From assembly GCA_025451755.1 (NCBI GenBank), contig JANWJT010000017.1, positions 16,147 to 80,146 on the forward strand: DNA of 64,000 nucleotides, read 5' to 3'. Below are positions 10,480 through 20,228 of this stretch, piece after piece (position 1 is the first letter of the stretch; each line of letters opens with the position of its first letter). A model generated the notes under the pieces. That model searched no databases, was not told where the DNA came from, and saw nothing but the letters and a program-made list of their open reading frames with translations. Origin of the DNA: Candidatus Microgenomates bacterium (GTDB taxonomy: Bacteria; Patescibacteriota; Microgenomatia; Levybacterales; UBA12049). The position numbers and the translations under genes were made by a program.

Positions 10480-10488
10480 TGTTAGAAT
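10480..10488 (+). promoter_or_regulatory. Extended -10 element TGTTAGAAT, 7 nt before ATG 10496 (leaderless pattern)
   Basis: Same TGnTAnAAT-N6/7-ATG architecture seen at other genes in this window. Confidence 0.45.
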
Positions 10489-10495
10489 AAATAAA

Positions 10496-10999
10496 ATGAG
10501 TAAGTTAATTAACTGTCTTTGGTTTGCAAATAATGACGGAGAAGAGGCAGCAAAATATTATATAGACACGTTCAATTCAGCTCCTGGTGATCACAGCGCA
10601 AAAATTGGTGATATCACAAAATCCCCTAAGGCATCTGAAGAAGTTTCAGGAAGACCTGAGGGATCTGTTTTGACAGCTGAAGCGGAAATTGACGGAATAA
10701 GCTTCATGTTTCTTAACGGAGGCCCTGTTGAGCAATTCAAACTTAACGGCGCAACTTCTTACATTATTGAATGCGAAACTCAGGAAGAAATTGATTTCTT
10801 CTGGGAAAAATTTTCAGCTATTCCTGAAGCCGAGCAATGTGGATGGTGTACAGATAAATTCGGTGTAACATGGCAAGTAGTCCCAAGGATTTTGGATGAA
10901 CTCATGAGGAGAGATCCTGAAACATCTGAAAAGGTAACTGCTGCTTTTATGCCAATGAAAAAACTTGATCTTGAAGCAATCCGAAAAGCTGGTGAATAA
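10496..10999 (+). CDS. VOC/PhnB-like protein (3-demethylubiquinone-9 3-methyltransferase-domain family)
   Basis: The N-terminus CLWFANNDGEEAAKYYIDTF matches the PhnB-like glyoxalase-fold signature. Confidence 0.5.
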   Translation: MSKLINCLWFANNDGEEAAKYYIDTFNSAPGDHSAKIGDITKSPKASEEVSGRPEGSVLTAEAEIDGISFMFLNGGPVEQFKLNGATSYIIECETQEEIDFFWEKFSAIPEAEQCGWCTDKFGVTWQVVPRILDELMRRDPETSEKVTAAFMPMKKLDLEAIRKAGE

Positions 11000-11044
11000 A
11001 GCTGCAGCGTTCAAGACACGGAGCCAATTTGGTATAATCATCCT

Positions 11045-11350
11045 ATGTCTAAGAACCCATTCATTAATGCTCTTGGGGCTTCAGGATATATAATCCTCGT
11101 TGCGAGTATTATTAATCTTGTATCTTCCGCCCACAAAGATAAACCCGACACTTTTTTTGCTCCTGTTGCATTTTTGTCATTACTCACTCTTTCTGCTGCA
11201 GTAATGGCTTTTATATTTTTCTACCAACCACTTCAACTTTTTATTGATGGAAAGAAAAAGCAAGCGGTTGATCTATTTGTTAAAACCGTTAGCGCATTTG
11301 GAGCTATTACAGTGGTAGTTTGGATTCTGCTTTTTTCCGGTCTTATTTAG
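11045..11350 (+). CDS. Hypothetical membrane protein
   Basis: 101 aa with three hydrophobic segments. Confidence 0.3.
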   Translation: MSKNPFINALGASGYIILVASIINLVSSAHKDKPDTFFAPVAFLSLLTLSAAVMAFIFFYQPLQLFIDGKKKQAVDLFVKTVSAFGAITVVVWILLFSGLI

Positions 11351-11388
11351 CCGGCAGTAATTTATTAGACCAACAATAATAAAAAAAT

Positions 11389-11820
11389 ATGAATATGTTT
11401 AAGCCGGTCAATGCAAAATCTGTCAGAGAATATTTTGACTTACTTCCAAAAGAAAGACGTGAACCAATTGAATTTTTGGATAATTTAATCAAAAAAACTG
11501 CGCCATCGTTCAAACAGAATTTTCTATATAATATGCCAGGTTACGGCAGTTTTAAGTATAAAAATTACAAGAAAGAAACAATTGATTGGCCAATCGTAGC
11601 TCTTGCAAGTCAAAAAAATTATATCAGCTTGTATATATGCGCTGTTGAAGACGGCGAGTATATAGCTGAAAAATATAAAAACTTATTGGGTAAAGTAAGT
11701 GTGGGCAGAAGCTGCATTCGTTTTAAAAAGATTGAGGATTTAAATCTTGAAACTTTAAAAAAAATAATAAAATTGGCTGAAAAGTCTCCGGGACTTGTGG
11801 GAGCTAAGGCAGTTGAGTGA
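11389..11820 (+). CDS. DUF1801 (YdhG-like) domain protein
   Basis: 143 aa. The overall pattern resembles the YdhG/DUF1801 family. Weak. Confidence 0.35.
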   Translation: MNMFKPVNAKSVREYFDLLPKERREPIEFLDNLIKKTAPSFKQNFLYNMPGYGSFKYKNYKKETIDWPIVALASQKNYISLYICAVEDGEYIAEKYKNLLGKVSVGRSCIRFKKIEDLNLETLKKIIKLAEKSPGLVGAKAVE

Positions 11821-11895
11821 GAAACCGGGAACGTTCTCAAAGACTTCTAGAGTAGCCTCAAAACTTAATTGCTTGCTGATTCTAGTATAGAGAGC

Positions 11896-12186
11896 TCAGT
11901 AAAATCCAGTGTTCCTGCCAGGTCTTGGGGCAACCCAAAAACGCTGACCTTTTTTCTCGGGAGGAGAAGTAACTTCTACCCAAAATGATATTCCTTCTCC
12001 CCGAACTTTTTCTTTAACCACAACTTTTGCAGTAACATCTACGTCAAGCGGGGGACCAGAAGCATGCGTACTTTCTTGACCTCTCGGGCCGGTAAATGGC
12101 TGACTCCCTGCTTTAATAGTGTAATAAGTTGGACGGTGCTCTTTTCTTAATGTTGAATCTGACTGTTCCTGCATATATACAAGCAC
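11896..12186 (-). CDS. Hypothetical protein, visibly GC-richer than its surroundings
   Basis: 96 aa ORF with no recognised motif and locally raised GC. Confidence 0.3.
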   Translation of the reverse strand: MLVYMQEQSDSTLRKEHRPTYYTIKAGSQPFTGPRGQESTHASGPPLDVDVTAKVVVKEKVRGEGISFWVEVTSPPEKKGQRFWVAPRPGRNTGFY

Positions 12187-12340
12187 ATTATATTGCAGTA
12201 TTTCACTTAAAACAAGTTATAGTCCCATTTTCCTTGTAGCATAATAATAGAAAAAATAAAAGTAAATTGACAAAAAATTTGACTATATGAAAAGAATAAA
12301 CAATAAGTTATAATTTCTTCTTGATTTCTGTCAATTTATT

Positions 12341-12348
12341 TGTATAAT
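12341..12348 (+). promoter_or_regulatory. Extended -10 element TGTATAAT, 6 nt before an in-frame GTG at 12355
   Basis: The track's ATG at 12340 is part of this -10 box, so the leaderless GTG start is preferred. Confidence 0.4.
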
Positions 12349-12354
12349 CCTACT

Positions 12355-12933
12355 GTGCAAGAAAGAAAACAAGTTTCGCTAAATTTACAAGAGATTGCAA
12401 ATAAATCAGATAGTATGGGCGTTATAGAAACACCTAATACCGGCTTAAAACTTGAGGTAACAGCGCTTCCATATTGGGTTAGGATTGAACCGCAAACTAA
12501 ATTCACTGGTCTGTCTCCAGACATTTTTGTTTTGGTGACAGTTGCAGCGAAAGAAAGAATAATTGAACTTGCAGTTTATACAAAACGATCTAATGGTAGT
12601 TACTTCGATAATGATTTTCGAGCAAAACCTCTGACTAGAGAAGCAGTAGAGTTTATTTTAAAAGCAAATCCTGATGCTGAAGGAATAGGCTTTGAATACA
12701 GAGAAGGGAGCCAAACATTTACAGAGTACGATCGAGAAAGAAAGCGACTCATTGCACAAGGGAAAACAGAGCGCGATGCTGAAAACCTTGCTCCTAAAGG
12801 TGTATGGGACTATATTCATATTGCTAGTCCATTAGGATTTACACAAATAACAGATGTAACAATAAGCCATGATTCAGATTCAGGAAGAATTGCAAAAGGG
12901 GTTTTTAGAAAAACAGGAAAAATTAAAACCTGA
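12355..12933 (+). CDS. Hypothetical protein
   Basis: About 193 aa with no recognisable domain. Start adjusted from 12340 to 12355. Confidence 0.35.
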   Translation: MQERKQVSLNLQEIANKSDSMGVIETPNTGLKLEVTALPYWVRIEPQTKFTGLSPDIFVLVTVAAKERIIELAVYTKRSNGSYFDNDFRAKPLTREAVEFILKANPDAEGIGFEYREGSQTFTEYDRERKRLIAQGKTERDAENLAPKGVWDYIHIASPLGFTQITDVTISHDSDSGRIAKGVFRKTGKIKT

Positions 12934-12985
12934 ACTTAAATTTGCTTTCAAATTTTATATATAGTAGAATCTTGAACATTGCATT

Positions 12986-13555
12986 ATGAATAGATTCGAA
13001 GTCGCTATTAGACCTGAAGGCGTAAATGAATCATTTTACATCCATCCTGCCATAACGTCTTCTCAAATTGAACAGCTGATTGCCTTTACGCAATCCGAAA
13101 CTGATCCTGTAAAATTGGGAAGAGACGGCCAGCGTTTTATGTCGCGCGAACAATACGAAGAGTGGTCTAAGAAAGGACGAACGATTTATACATTAACTGA
13201 TAACATAGATGCTGAAGGAAGATTGAAGGGAATTTTTTGGGCTGGGGAAAAGGAGCTTCCAGATAGAGCAGACTACAGCGAATCTCTTGACCCAAATTTT
13301 TATAGACATACATATGCTTTCCGTCTCTACGATTCGGCAAGAGGAAAGGGAATTTCCCACTCAGTTTTAAGTACTTGTATTGATGAATATGTTTCGAAAC
13401 TTTCGCTTCCAGTAGGTTTTTGGCTTGAAACAAGCGGAGCAAATGAGGTAGCTATTCATATGGATGAAAAGCAAGGATTCAGAGTTGTATCTGGAAAAAA
13501 CGATCAGGGGCTAGTAACATTAGTTCGTGAATACGCGATGCCCCTCAAAATTTAG
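12986..13555 (+). CDS. GNAT-family N-acetyltransferase-like protein
   Basis: Acetyl-CoA motif A-like ARGKGISHSVL followed by GFWLETSGANEVAIHMDEKQGF. Confidence 0.4.
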   Translation: MNRFEVAIRPEGVNESFYIHPAITSSQIEQLIAFTQSETDPVKLGRDGQRFMSREQYEEWSKKGRTIYTLTDNIDAEGRLKGIFWAGEKELPDRADYSESLDPNFYRHTYAFRLYDSARGKGISHSVLSTCIDEYVSKLSLPVGFWLETSGANEVAIHMDEKQGFRVVSGKNDQGLVTLVREYAMPLKI

Positions 13556-13778
13556 ATACTTTAATAAAAGTAAATTGACAAACAGTTCTAGATAGTACAT
13601 AGTAAAACTATGGCTGATAAATCTTTTAGGCTTTCGCCATCTCCGGATTCTAAACATCTTCAGCGAGTATTACTTTATGGACTAGCTCTTCTTCTTATTA
13701 TCCTCACAGCAGTCTTGGCAGGATGGATGCTGGGAATAAATAATTCATAAAAGCTTCTAATTTTTCCGCAGTAGAATA

Positions 13779-13786
13779 GTGTATAA
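13779..13786 (+). promoter_or_regulatory. Extended -10 element TGTATAAT, 7 nt before ATG 13794
   Basis: Drives the tiny basic ORF below. Confidence 0.45.
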
Positions 13787-13793
13787 TATAGTA

Positions 13794-13865
13794 TATGGCA
13801 AAAAGACCTACCGGAGTTGGAAAGAAAAAGAAATCCCGCTCACACAAAACCGAGAAAAGGCGTGA
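13794..13865 (+). CDS. Tiny Lys/Arg-rich ORF (23 aa as read). A +1 frame continuation would give about 39 aa, so this may be a frameshift.
   Basis: MAKRPTGVGKKKKSRSHKTEKRP then stop. The overlapping frame continues REIKREMLAKKATKKRK then stop at 13911-13913. Confidence 0.25.
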   Translation, partial: YGKKTYRSWKEKEIPLTQNREKA

Positions 13866-13921
13866 AATAAAACGCGAGATGCTTGCGAAGAAAGCTACTA
13901 AGAAGCGTAAATAAAATCTTC

Positions 13922-13930
13922 TGATATAAT
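13922..13930 (+). promoter_or_regulatory. Extended -10 element TGATATAAT, 6 nt before ATG 13937
   Basis: Leaderless pattern. Confidence 0.45.
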
Positions 13931-13936
13931 TGTCTC

Positions 13937-14317
13937 ATGAAGACAAAGATTGAAACTACTAAAGCTCCGGTAACAGGAGCAAGTCCCCATTCTCAGGCAA
14001 TTGTTGCAAATAATTTCGTTTTTACTCAAGGCTCGATATGTTTAACTCCCGAAGGAAAACTTCTTGAAGGAACTGTTGAAGAACAAGTTCATCAAATAAT
14101 GAAAAATCTACAAGCTATTCTTGAAGAAGCCGGTGTTTCTTTTGCCGATGTTGTTAAATCAACAATCTATATGACCGACATGTCTTTGTATGGAGAAATT
14201 AACAAAGTTTATGGCAGTTATTTTTCTGATCCTTATCCTGCAAGAGAATCAGTCTGCGTTAAAGAACTTCCTCTGGGTGCAAAAGTAGAAATCAGCATGA
14301 TTGCCGCAAAAGAATGA
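13937..14317 (+). CDS. ridA: RidA/YjgF family reactive-intermediate deaminase
   Basis: 126 aa with the typical RidA fold sequence (APVTGASPHSQAIVANNFVFTQG...ARESVCVKELPLGAKVEI). Confidence 0.8.
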   Translation: MKTKIETTKAPVTGASPHSQAIVANNFVFTQGSICLTPEGKLLEGTVEEQVHQIMKNLQAILEEAGVSFADVVKSTIYMTDMSLYGEINKVYGSYFSDPYPARESVCVKELPLGAKVEISMIAAKE

Positions 14318-14319
14318 AT

Positions 14320-14595
14320 TTAACTATTTGTCTTTTGGGAGGCGAGTTTGTGGCGGGAGGAAACTATGCCAAGTGTTACAAATGCAATATAAAAAGCCCC
14401 CATTATGCATGCCTCGATCATATGTGCAGGTTTACTAAATACCAAATAAGCTCCACTTATAATAGTTGCCATAACTAAAATATATGACGTTTTAAGCTTG
14501 GATTGTGAAGGAAAGAAAAGCGTAAAACCCGTGTAAATAATACTGGTTAATGCAATTATTATATGAAGAATTACTGCCACGAGAATATTATACAC
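14320..14595 (-). CDS. Hypothetical three-helix membrane protein at the tail of the cyo operon
   Basis: 91 aa, hydrophobic, 7 nt downstream of cyoE on the same strand. Confidence 0.3.
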   Translation of the reverse strand: MYNILVAVILHIIIALTSIIYTGFTLFFPSQSKLKTSYILVMATIISGAYLVFSKPAHMIEACIMGAFYIAFVTLGIVSSRHKLASQKTNS

Positions 14596-15457
14596 CTTTT
14601 AGAAAAGATGCATCTACCGACATTGCAATACAAAGAAATGTAAGGATCATAAGTGACAGTTTAAACATTTTACGAGCCCATAAAATATTATTATCCACCT
14701 TAAAACCTTTAATACATAGCTTAAGCCAGGAAAATCCGGCCACAATCACAACTGTTAAATATGTATAACCTGTGTAACTAAAAATAGTAAGCATTGAGCA
14801 AATAATAATAAATGCAGATATATAGAAAAGCATATAGATCTTGGTAATATAAATTCCTTTTACTACAGGTAAAACCGGAATCGATGCTTGCGTATAGTCT
14901 TTAAGTCTAAAAATTGAGATTGAATAAAAATGGGGCATCTGCCAGAAAACAAGAATCATAAATAGTATAACAGCGCCTAAATCAAAGTTATTTGTAACTG
15001 CAGTGTACCCTGTAACAATAGGTGTTGCTCCGGAAACTGCTCCAAATAGAGTTCCATAAATAGAGCGGCGTTTTAAAATAGTATAGACTACTAAATAGAA
15101 AAAAGTCCCAACAGCTCCAACTGCAACAGTCAAAAAATTGACATAGAAAATTAAAATTAAGAAACCAAGTAATCCTAATACGACGCCGAATACAAGAGCC
15201 TTCGGTACCGGGATTAATTTTTTAACAAGAGCACGGTTTCTTGTTCTTGCCATTTTCCCATCGATATCCCGGTCGATATAATTATTGAACACACAGGCAG
15301 AAGCAATACCTAAAGAGGTGCCAGAAAGCGTTGCTAATAATAAACCTAGATTTACCTGTCCTCTTGAAGCAAGAAAAAAACCTGCTGCCGCGGTTATTAA
15401 ATTTCCAAATATTATTCCGGGTTTTGTAAGGGATAGATAAGTTTTAAATAAATTCAC
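14588..15457 (-). CDS. cyoE: Protoheme IX farnesyltransferase (heme O synthase)
   Basis: UbiA-family membrane prenyltransferase with NNYIDRDIDGKMARTRNR. Last gene of the cyo operon. Confidence 0.85.
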   Translation of the reverse strand: MNLFKTYLSLTKPGIIFGNLITAAAGFFLASRGQVNLGLLLATLSGTSLGIASACVFNNYIDRDIDGKMARTRNRALVKKLIPVPKALVFGVVLGLLGFLILIFYVNFLTVAVGAVGTFFYLVVYTILKRRSIYGTLFGAVSGATPIVTGYTAVTNNFDLGAVILFMILVFWQMPHFYSISIFRLKDYTQASIPVLPVVKGIYITKIYMLFYISAFIIICSMLTIFSYTGYTYLTVVIVAGFSWLKLCIKGFKVDNNILWARKMFKLSLMILTFLCIAMSVDASFLKGV

Positions 15458-15471
15458 CTATTAATTTTGAA

Positions 15472-15840
15472 TTATTTGTGTATCGCTTCTGAATCTTGTA
15501 TATACGTATTTATATTTGAACCTGGCATCATATTATAATTTAAGTTTTGCATAATCCATAAAGAAGCCAGGACGACAAGCAAAATAATAATTACTGTAGA
15601 GAGAAAAAAGATTAAATTCCAGCGTGGCTTTTTTTCCTGCGAAAGATGAAGAAAGAAAAACAATTGAACAAATAGCTGTGCGACTGCAAAAAATAATACA
15701 AGAAAAATCAGTATTTCACTAGAAAATATTTTGCGGGAAGAATCCAAATGAATTAAAACCGGAATATAGGCGGCAAGAGTAAATATAATAGAAAGAACGA
15801 AACCTATTATATAAGAGCGTAAATATCCGCGCTCGTTCAT
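15472..15840 (-). CDS. cyoD: Cytochrome o ubiquinol oxidase subunit IV
   Basis: Three-helix membrane protein. Its ATG overlaps the cyoC stop (TAATG). Start trimmed from 15909 to 15840. Confidence 0.6.
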   Translation of the reverse strand: MNERGYLRSYIIGFVLSIIFTLAAYIPVLIHLDSSRKIFSSEILIFLVLFFAVAQLFVQLFFFLHLSQEKKPRWNLIFFLSTVIIILLVVLASLWIMQNLNYNMMPGSNINTYIQDSEAIHK

Positions 15841-16442
15841 TAAAGAATTCCTCCAAAAAGATAAACTATTGTAAATATAAAAATCCAAACTACATCTAGG
15901 AAATGCCAAAACAAACTTAGAAGCATAAGTTTTCTAAGATTTGCTCCTGTTATATCGCGACGAATTATTTGAATAAGAAGAATTCCTATCCAGAAAAGTC
16001 CTGCGGTAATATGAAGACCGTGGGTTCCTACTAAAGTAAAGAATGAAGATAGAAAAGCACTTCTGTCCGGTCTGTTGCCTTCCGAAATTAAATGAGAAAA
16101 TTCGAAAAATTCCATTGCTAAAAATACAGCTCCCAATAAAAATGTTAAAGCAAAGAAAACAATCGTCATGTTTTTATTTCTAAGACGTGCGTAAAGAAGA
16201 CCTATTCCGCATGTAAAGCTACTTGTTAAAAGTATTAATGTTTCGGTTAGGACAAATGGAGGATTAAATATTTTAGCAATTGTAATTGCTCCAAAAGTAT
16301 TATTGCGAAGGACCGCATAAGTGGCAAAAAGAACAGCAAACATTATAAGATCGGTCATAAGATAAATCCAAAATCCGAAAAGATTTTTGTCATCCGCAAC
16401 TTCTTTATGCATGCGTTTTTCCCCTTTCTTCAATTTTTTCAA
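15840..16442 (-). CDS. cyoC: Cytochrome o ubiquinol oxidase subunit III
   Basis: 200 aa, subunit III-like five-helix protein, in operon position. Confidence 0.8.
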   Translation of the reverse strand: MKKLKKGEKRMHKEVADDKNLFGFWIYLMTDLIMFAVLFATYAVLRNNTFGAITIAKIFNPPFVLTETLILLTSSFTCGIGLLYARLRNKNMTIVFFALTFLLGAVFLAMEFFEFSHLISEGNRPDRSAFLSSFFTLVGTHGLHITAGLFWIGILLIQIIRRDITGANLRKLMLLSLFWHFLDVVWIFIFTIVYLFGGIL

Positions 16443-18378
16443 CCTCGGCAGCAGTTAGGACATATTCTGTATCTTCATCGAATGTCCGGATTATAACGCA
16501 GGCAATCGCGCCGATAATTCCTAAAAGAGCAAGCCAGTAGATATGCCATACAAATGCAAACCCCATTAAAAAGACAAACACAGAAATATATATTCCCATT
16601 GCGGTATTTTTAGGTAGATGAATATCTTCGTATTTTATCTTTTCTTTCGGTTTTTTATTTCGCTTCATTTCCCAAAATGCGTCGCCGGAAGTAATTTGCG
16701 GAATTACGGCAAAATTATAAAATGGCACAGGCGAAGGGGTTGACCATTCAAGCGTACGGCCGTTCCACGGATCTCCTGTTTTATCTAAATTTTGTTTTCT
16801 CTGCTTTATGCTTACAATAATTTGTAATATTTGAAAGACTACGCCGCATGTAATAATACAAAAGCCTACTACAGAAATTATAAATAATGGCTGCCAACTG
16901 GTATTGGTATAATGATCAAGGCGTCTTGTCGCTCCCATAAGACCCAAAATGTAGAGGGGTACAAAAGATACGAAAAATCCTATAATCCAAGACCAAAACG
17001 CGTAGCGGCCCAAGCGTTCATTAAGTCGGAATCCCATTATTTTGGGAAACCAATAGGTAAATCCTGCAAAAATTCCGAATAGAGCTCCTCCTATAATCAT
17101 AGTATGAAAATGCGCGACTAAAAATAAGCTGTTATGCAGTTGAAAATCTGCAGGAGGAGATGCCATAAGCACTCCTGCCATTCCTCCAAATGTAAATGTT
17201 GAAACAAAACCTAAGAACCAATACATTGGTGTAAAAAACCGAATGCGGCCTTTGTACATAGTAAGGAGCCAATTAAAAAGCTGCATGCCTGTCGGGATTG
17301 CAATTACCATTGTCATTATTCCAAAAAATGCATTTACATTGGCGCCCGCTCCCATTGTAAAAAAATGATGTAACCATACTACAAGAGCAAGAAGAGTAAT
17401 ACCAATTGCAGCAAAAACGAGCGAAGTATACCCGGCTAATTTTTTCTGACTAAACGTTGCGACTATTTCGGAATATATACCAAACGCAGGAAGAATTAAT
17501 ATATAAACCTCGGGGTGTCCCCACATCCAGATAAGGTTGGTATACATCATGGCATTTCCTCCGAAGTCTGTTGTAAAGAAATGCATGCCCAGTGATCTAT
17601 CCAAAAATAATAGGGCAATAGTCACTGTAAGTATTGGGAAGACGGAAATAACAAGAAGCATGCTAAGAAGAGAAGTCCATGTAAACATCGGCATTTTCAT
17701 AAGTGTCATTCCCGGCGCCCTCATCTTAAGAATGGTCACTATAAAATTTATGCCTCCAATCAAGGTACCGAGTCCTGAAATCTGCAGGCTCCATATCCAA
17801 TAATCAACTCCCACGCCAGGACTAAACTCAAGCTCTGAAAGCGGTGTCTGCGCAAGCCAACCGGTTGCTGCAAATTCTCCGCCTAACACAAAAAATAGGT
17901 TGATAAGTATAACTCCTGCAACATATAACCAAAAACCTAATGTGTTTAAAAATGGAAAAGCAAGATCTCTAGAGCCTATTTGGAGCGGTACGATCAAATT
18001 TATGAGCCCAAACAAAAATCCCATGGTAACAAAGAAAACCATAATGTTGCCATGGGCTGTAAAGATTTGCTGAAAATGATCCGGGCTAAGATACCCATGC
18101 GATGATCCTACAGAAAGGGCTTGCTGAATCCATATCATTATTGCATCTAAGCTTCCCCGGAAAAGCATTAATGAGGCAACTATTATATACATGATCCCTA
18201 TTTTTTTAGGATCGGTAGATGTAAGCCATTCTTTCCAGAGCCATTTCCATCGCTTCAGTTTTGTTAGAAGTATTGCAACGCCCAGTCCGCCGATTATAAT
18301 TGATACTGCCCCTCCAATTGTGAACCACTCATGCGGAAGCGCGGATAAAGTTAATCTTCCAAATATAAATTCTATCAT
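16405..18378 (-). CDS. cyoB: Heme-copper quinol oxidase subunit I
   Basis: 657 aa with the conserved [14 protein letters not shown] and WAHHMF-type His ligands. Twelve or more TM helices. Confidence 0.9.
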   Translation of the reverse strand: MIEFIFGRLTLSALPHEWFTIGGAVSIIIGGLGVAILLTKLKRWKWLWKEWLTSTDPKKIGIMYIIVASLMLFRGSLDAIMIWIQQALSVGSSHGYLSPDHFQQIFTAHGNIMVFFVTMGFLFGLINLIVPLQIGSRDLAFPFLNTLGFWLYVAGVILINLFFVLGGEFAATGWLAQTPLSELEFSPGVGVDYWIWSLQISGLGTLIGGINFIVTILKMRAPGMTLMKMPMFTWTSLLSMLLVISVFPILTVTIALLFLDRSLGMHFFTTDFGGNAMMYTNLIWMWGHPEVYILILPAFGIYSEIVATFSQKKLAGYTSLVFAAIGITLLALVVWLHHFFTMGAGANVNAFFGIMTMVIAIPTGMQLFNWLLTMYKGRIRFFTPMYWFLGFVSTFTFGGMAGVLMASPPADFQLHNSLFLVAHFHTMIIGGALFGIFAGFTYWFPKIMGFRLNERLGRYAFWSWIIGFFVSFVPLYILGLMGATRRLDHYTNTSWQPLFIISVVGFCIITCGVVFQILQIIVSIKQRKQNLDKTGDPWNGRTLEWSTPSPVPFYNFAVIPQITSGDAFWEMKRNKKPKEKIKYEDIHLPKNTAMGIYISVFVFLMGFAFVWHIYWLALLGIIGAIACVIIRTFDEDTEYVLTAAEVEKIEERGKTHA

Positions 18379-19286
18379 TAATGTTCCATCCCCTGCATTG
18401 CAGACATTTTTTCTTCAGAGCCTTTTGTTTGAGGAGCCATATATTTCATTATTATTTTATTATATAGATCCTTTTCGGGAGACGCGTAAAAAGCTACCGG
18501 ATTATTTTTGCTTGGCTTGACGAGATTATTATATTCTGCAAGATCGAGTGTCTTCGAGAATTCTTTTGTTTTCTGCACCCAATTCTCAAAATCTACCTGT
18601 GAGGAAGCCATGGCAGTAAATATCATTTCCGAAAAGCCTTCACCGTTTATTTCTGCTGAGGTGCCAGCAAATTCTCCTGTCTTGTTAGCTATAAGATGCA
18701 GTTTTGTTCCCATTCCTGTCATTGCATATATTTGTCCGCCAAGCTGAGGGATCCAAAACGAACTCATTGGTGCTTCTGCAGTAAGCTCAAAATTTACCGG
18801 AGTATCAACAGGAAACTGAATAAAATTTACTGTTGCAATATTCTGCTGTGGATAAATAAATAGCCATTTCCATCTTAGTGCAATAACTTGTATTGTTATT
18901 GGTTTATTATTAGACTCAATGGGTTTATAAGGATCAAGCTCATGGGTACTCTTCCAGGTAATAATGGCCAGAATAAAAACGATAAATCCGGGAATAATCC
19001 ACCAGAGAAATTCTGTTTTTTTATTTTGGGTCCAGTCAGGAGAATATTTTGCGTTAAGATTTCCCTCTCTATATTTCCATGCGAAAAAGAAGATAAGAAT
19101 AACTACCGGTATTGCTACGGCCGACATTGTAAGAACTGTTGCAACTATTACGTCTCTTTGTTTTTCGGCAATCAGTCCCTGAGGATTTAAAACTTGGATA
19201 TTGCTGTTTCCGATCAAAACATATCCCAAGAGAATTATGTCAGCAAAAAGCAGAAGGAAGATTATAAATCTGGATGCTTTTATCAT
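18378..19286 (-). CDS. cyoA: Quinol oxidase subunit II (no CuA ligands)
   Basis: Aligns by eye to E. coli CyoA ([39 protein letters not shown]). It lacks the CxxxC-H CuA centre, so it is quinol-oxidising rather than cytochrome-c-oxidising. Confidence 0.85.
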   Translation of the reverse strand: MIKASRFIIFLLLFADIILLGYVLIGNSNIQVLNPQGLIAEKQRDVIVATVLTMSAVAIPVVILIFFFAWKYREGNLNAKYSPDWTQNKKTEFLWWIIPGFIVFILAIITWKSTHELDPYKPIESNNKPITIQVIALRWKWLFIYPQQNIATVNFIQFPVDTPVNFELTAEAPMSSFWIPQLGGQIYAMTGMGTKLHLIANKTGEFAGTSAEINGEGFSEMIFTAMASSQVDFENWVQKTKEFSKTLDLAEYNNLVKPSKNNPVAFYASPEKDLYNKIIMKYMAPQTKGSEEKMSAMQGMEH

Positions 19287-19386
19287 TATCGAGAACTCTT
19301 AGTTATTATAGCACTCCATGAGGCAATCAGCCTTCATAAAAGGAGCGTGTACATAATAGAGAATTTATAATATAATCTATCCTTGC

Positions 19387-20220
19387 ATGAGAAATCTTAT
19401 TGTAATTGCCGATTGGGCAGAAGACTCTTTAACTTGTCAGGAAATTACTTCATCTGTCCAAGGGTTTTTGTCTACAAATTTTTTGCCAAAAATTACTTTT
19501 GTTGCTTCGACTCCATCAACTATTCACACTTCCTATCTTATAAATCAGGTTGTTGAAACAGAAGAGAGGCTTGGTAAGCCAAAAAATACTGTAATTTTTC
19601 AGAATACAGATCCCAGGCTTCAGGCAAAAAAGGGTGTCAAAAAAGCAAAAGGAGCTGAATTTATTCTAATTGAATTAAAGAGCGGGATTTTTGTTTGTGG
19701 ACCCAATGCAGGTTATGATTTTTCAATGATAAAAGATAAAATTAAAAAAATTTATTTACTTAAAAATTTTGACAAAGGCACGCAATTTAGGTCAAGAGAT
19801 TTGTATTCTATGGTTTCTGCAAAACTTATAGAGGATAAGTCAGAAGATTTAAAATTAATTCCAGCATCTTTAAGCATTATTCCAAATATTGGTAATGAAT
19901 ATTTTATAGGACACATCGATAACTACGGAAATATTAAAACTACAATAAAACTCTCAGATCTTAAGAAAAAGGGTTTTAAGTTTGGGAAAAAAATAGAAAT
20001 CTCTATAAAGGGAATCACCAGAATTTGTGAATTTTCAACCAATCTTTTTGGTGCTCATCCGGGAAAACTTATAATTTATCCGGGATCTTCTGGTAATAAA
20101 AGCGATCCTTATTTAGAAATATCGGTCTGGCGACATTTTACAGAGGATGAAAAAACTACGGGCGTTCACGAATTCCACAACCCTCTCCCCGGAGATACTA
20201 TCAATATAGAGAACAATTAG
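19387..20220 (+). CDS. Possible SAM hydroxide adenosyltransferase (DUF62/SalL-FlA-like) family protein
   Basis: C-terminal HIDNYGNIKTTI and GSSGN..LEISV resemble the DUF62 signatures IDhFGNLiTNI and GSSGlLEIA. The N-terminal domain is only weakly similar. Confidence 0.4.
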   Translation: MRNLIVIADWAEDSLTCQEITSSVQGFLSTNFLPKITFVASTPSTIHTSYLINQVVETEERLGKPKNTVIFQNTDPRLQAKKGVKKAKGAEFILIELKSGIFVCGPNAGYDFSMIKDKIKKIYLLKNFDKGTQFRSRDLYSMVSAKLIEDKSEDLKLIPASLSIIPNIGNEYFIGHIDNYGNIKTTIKLSDLKKKGFKFGKKIEISIKGITRICEFSTNLFGAHPGKLIIYPGSSGNKSDPYLEISVWRHFTEDEKTTGVHEFHNPLPGDTINIENN

Positions 20221-20228
20221 AGCCACGT

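Noticed and set aside
17537-19190. Plus-strand ORFs inside the cyo operon (17537..17803, 18191..18520, 18508..18747, 18888..19190, 18964..19182)
   Set aside because: Antisense to cyoB and cyoA, which have strong family signatures.
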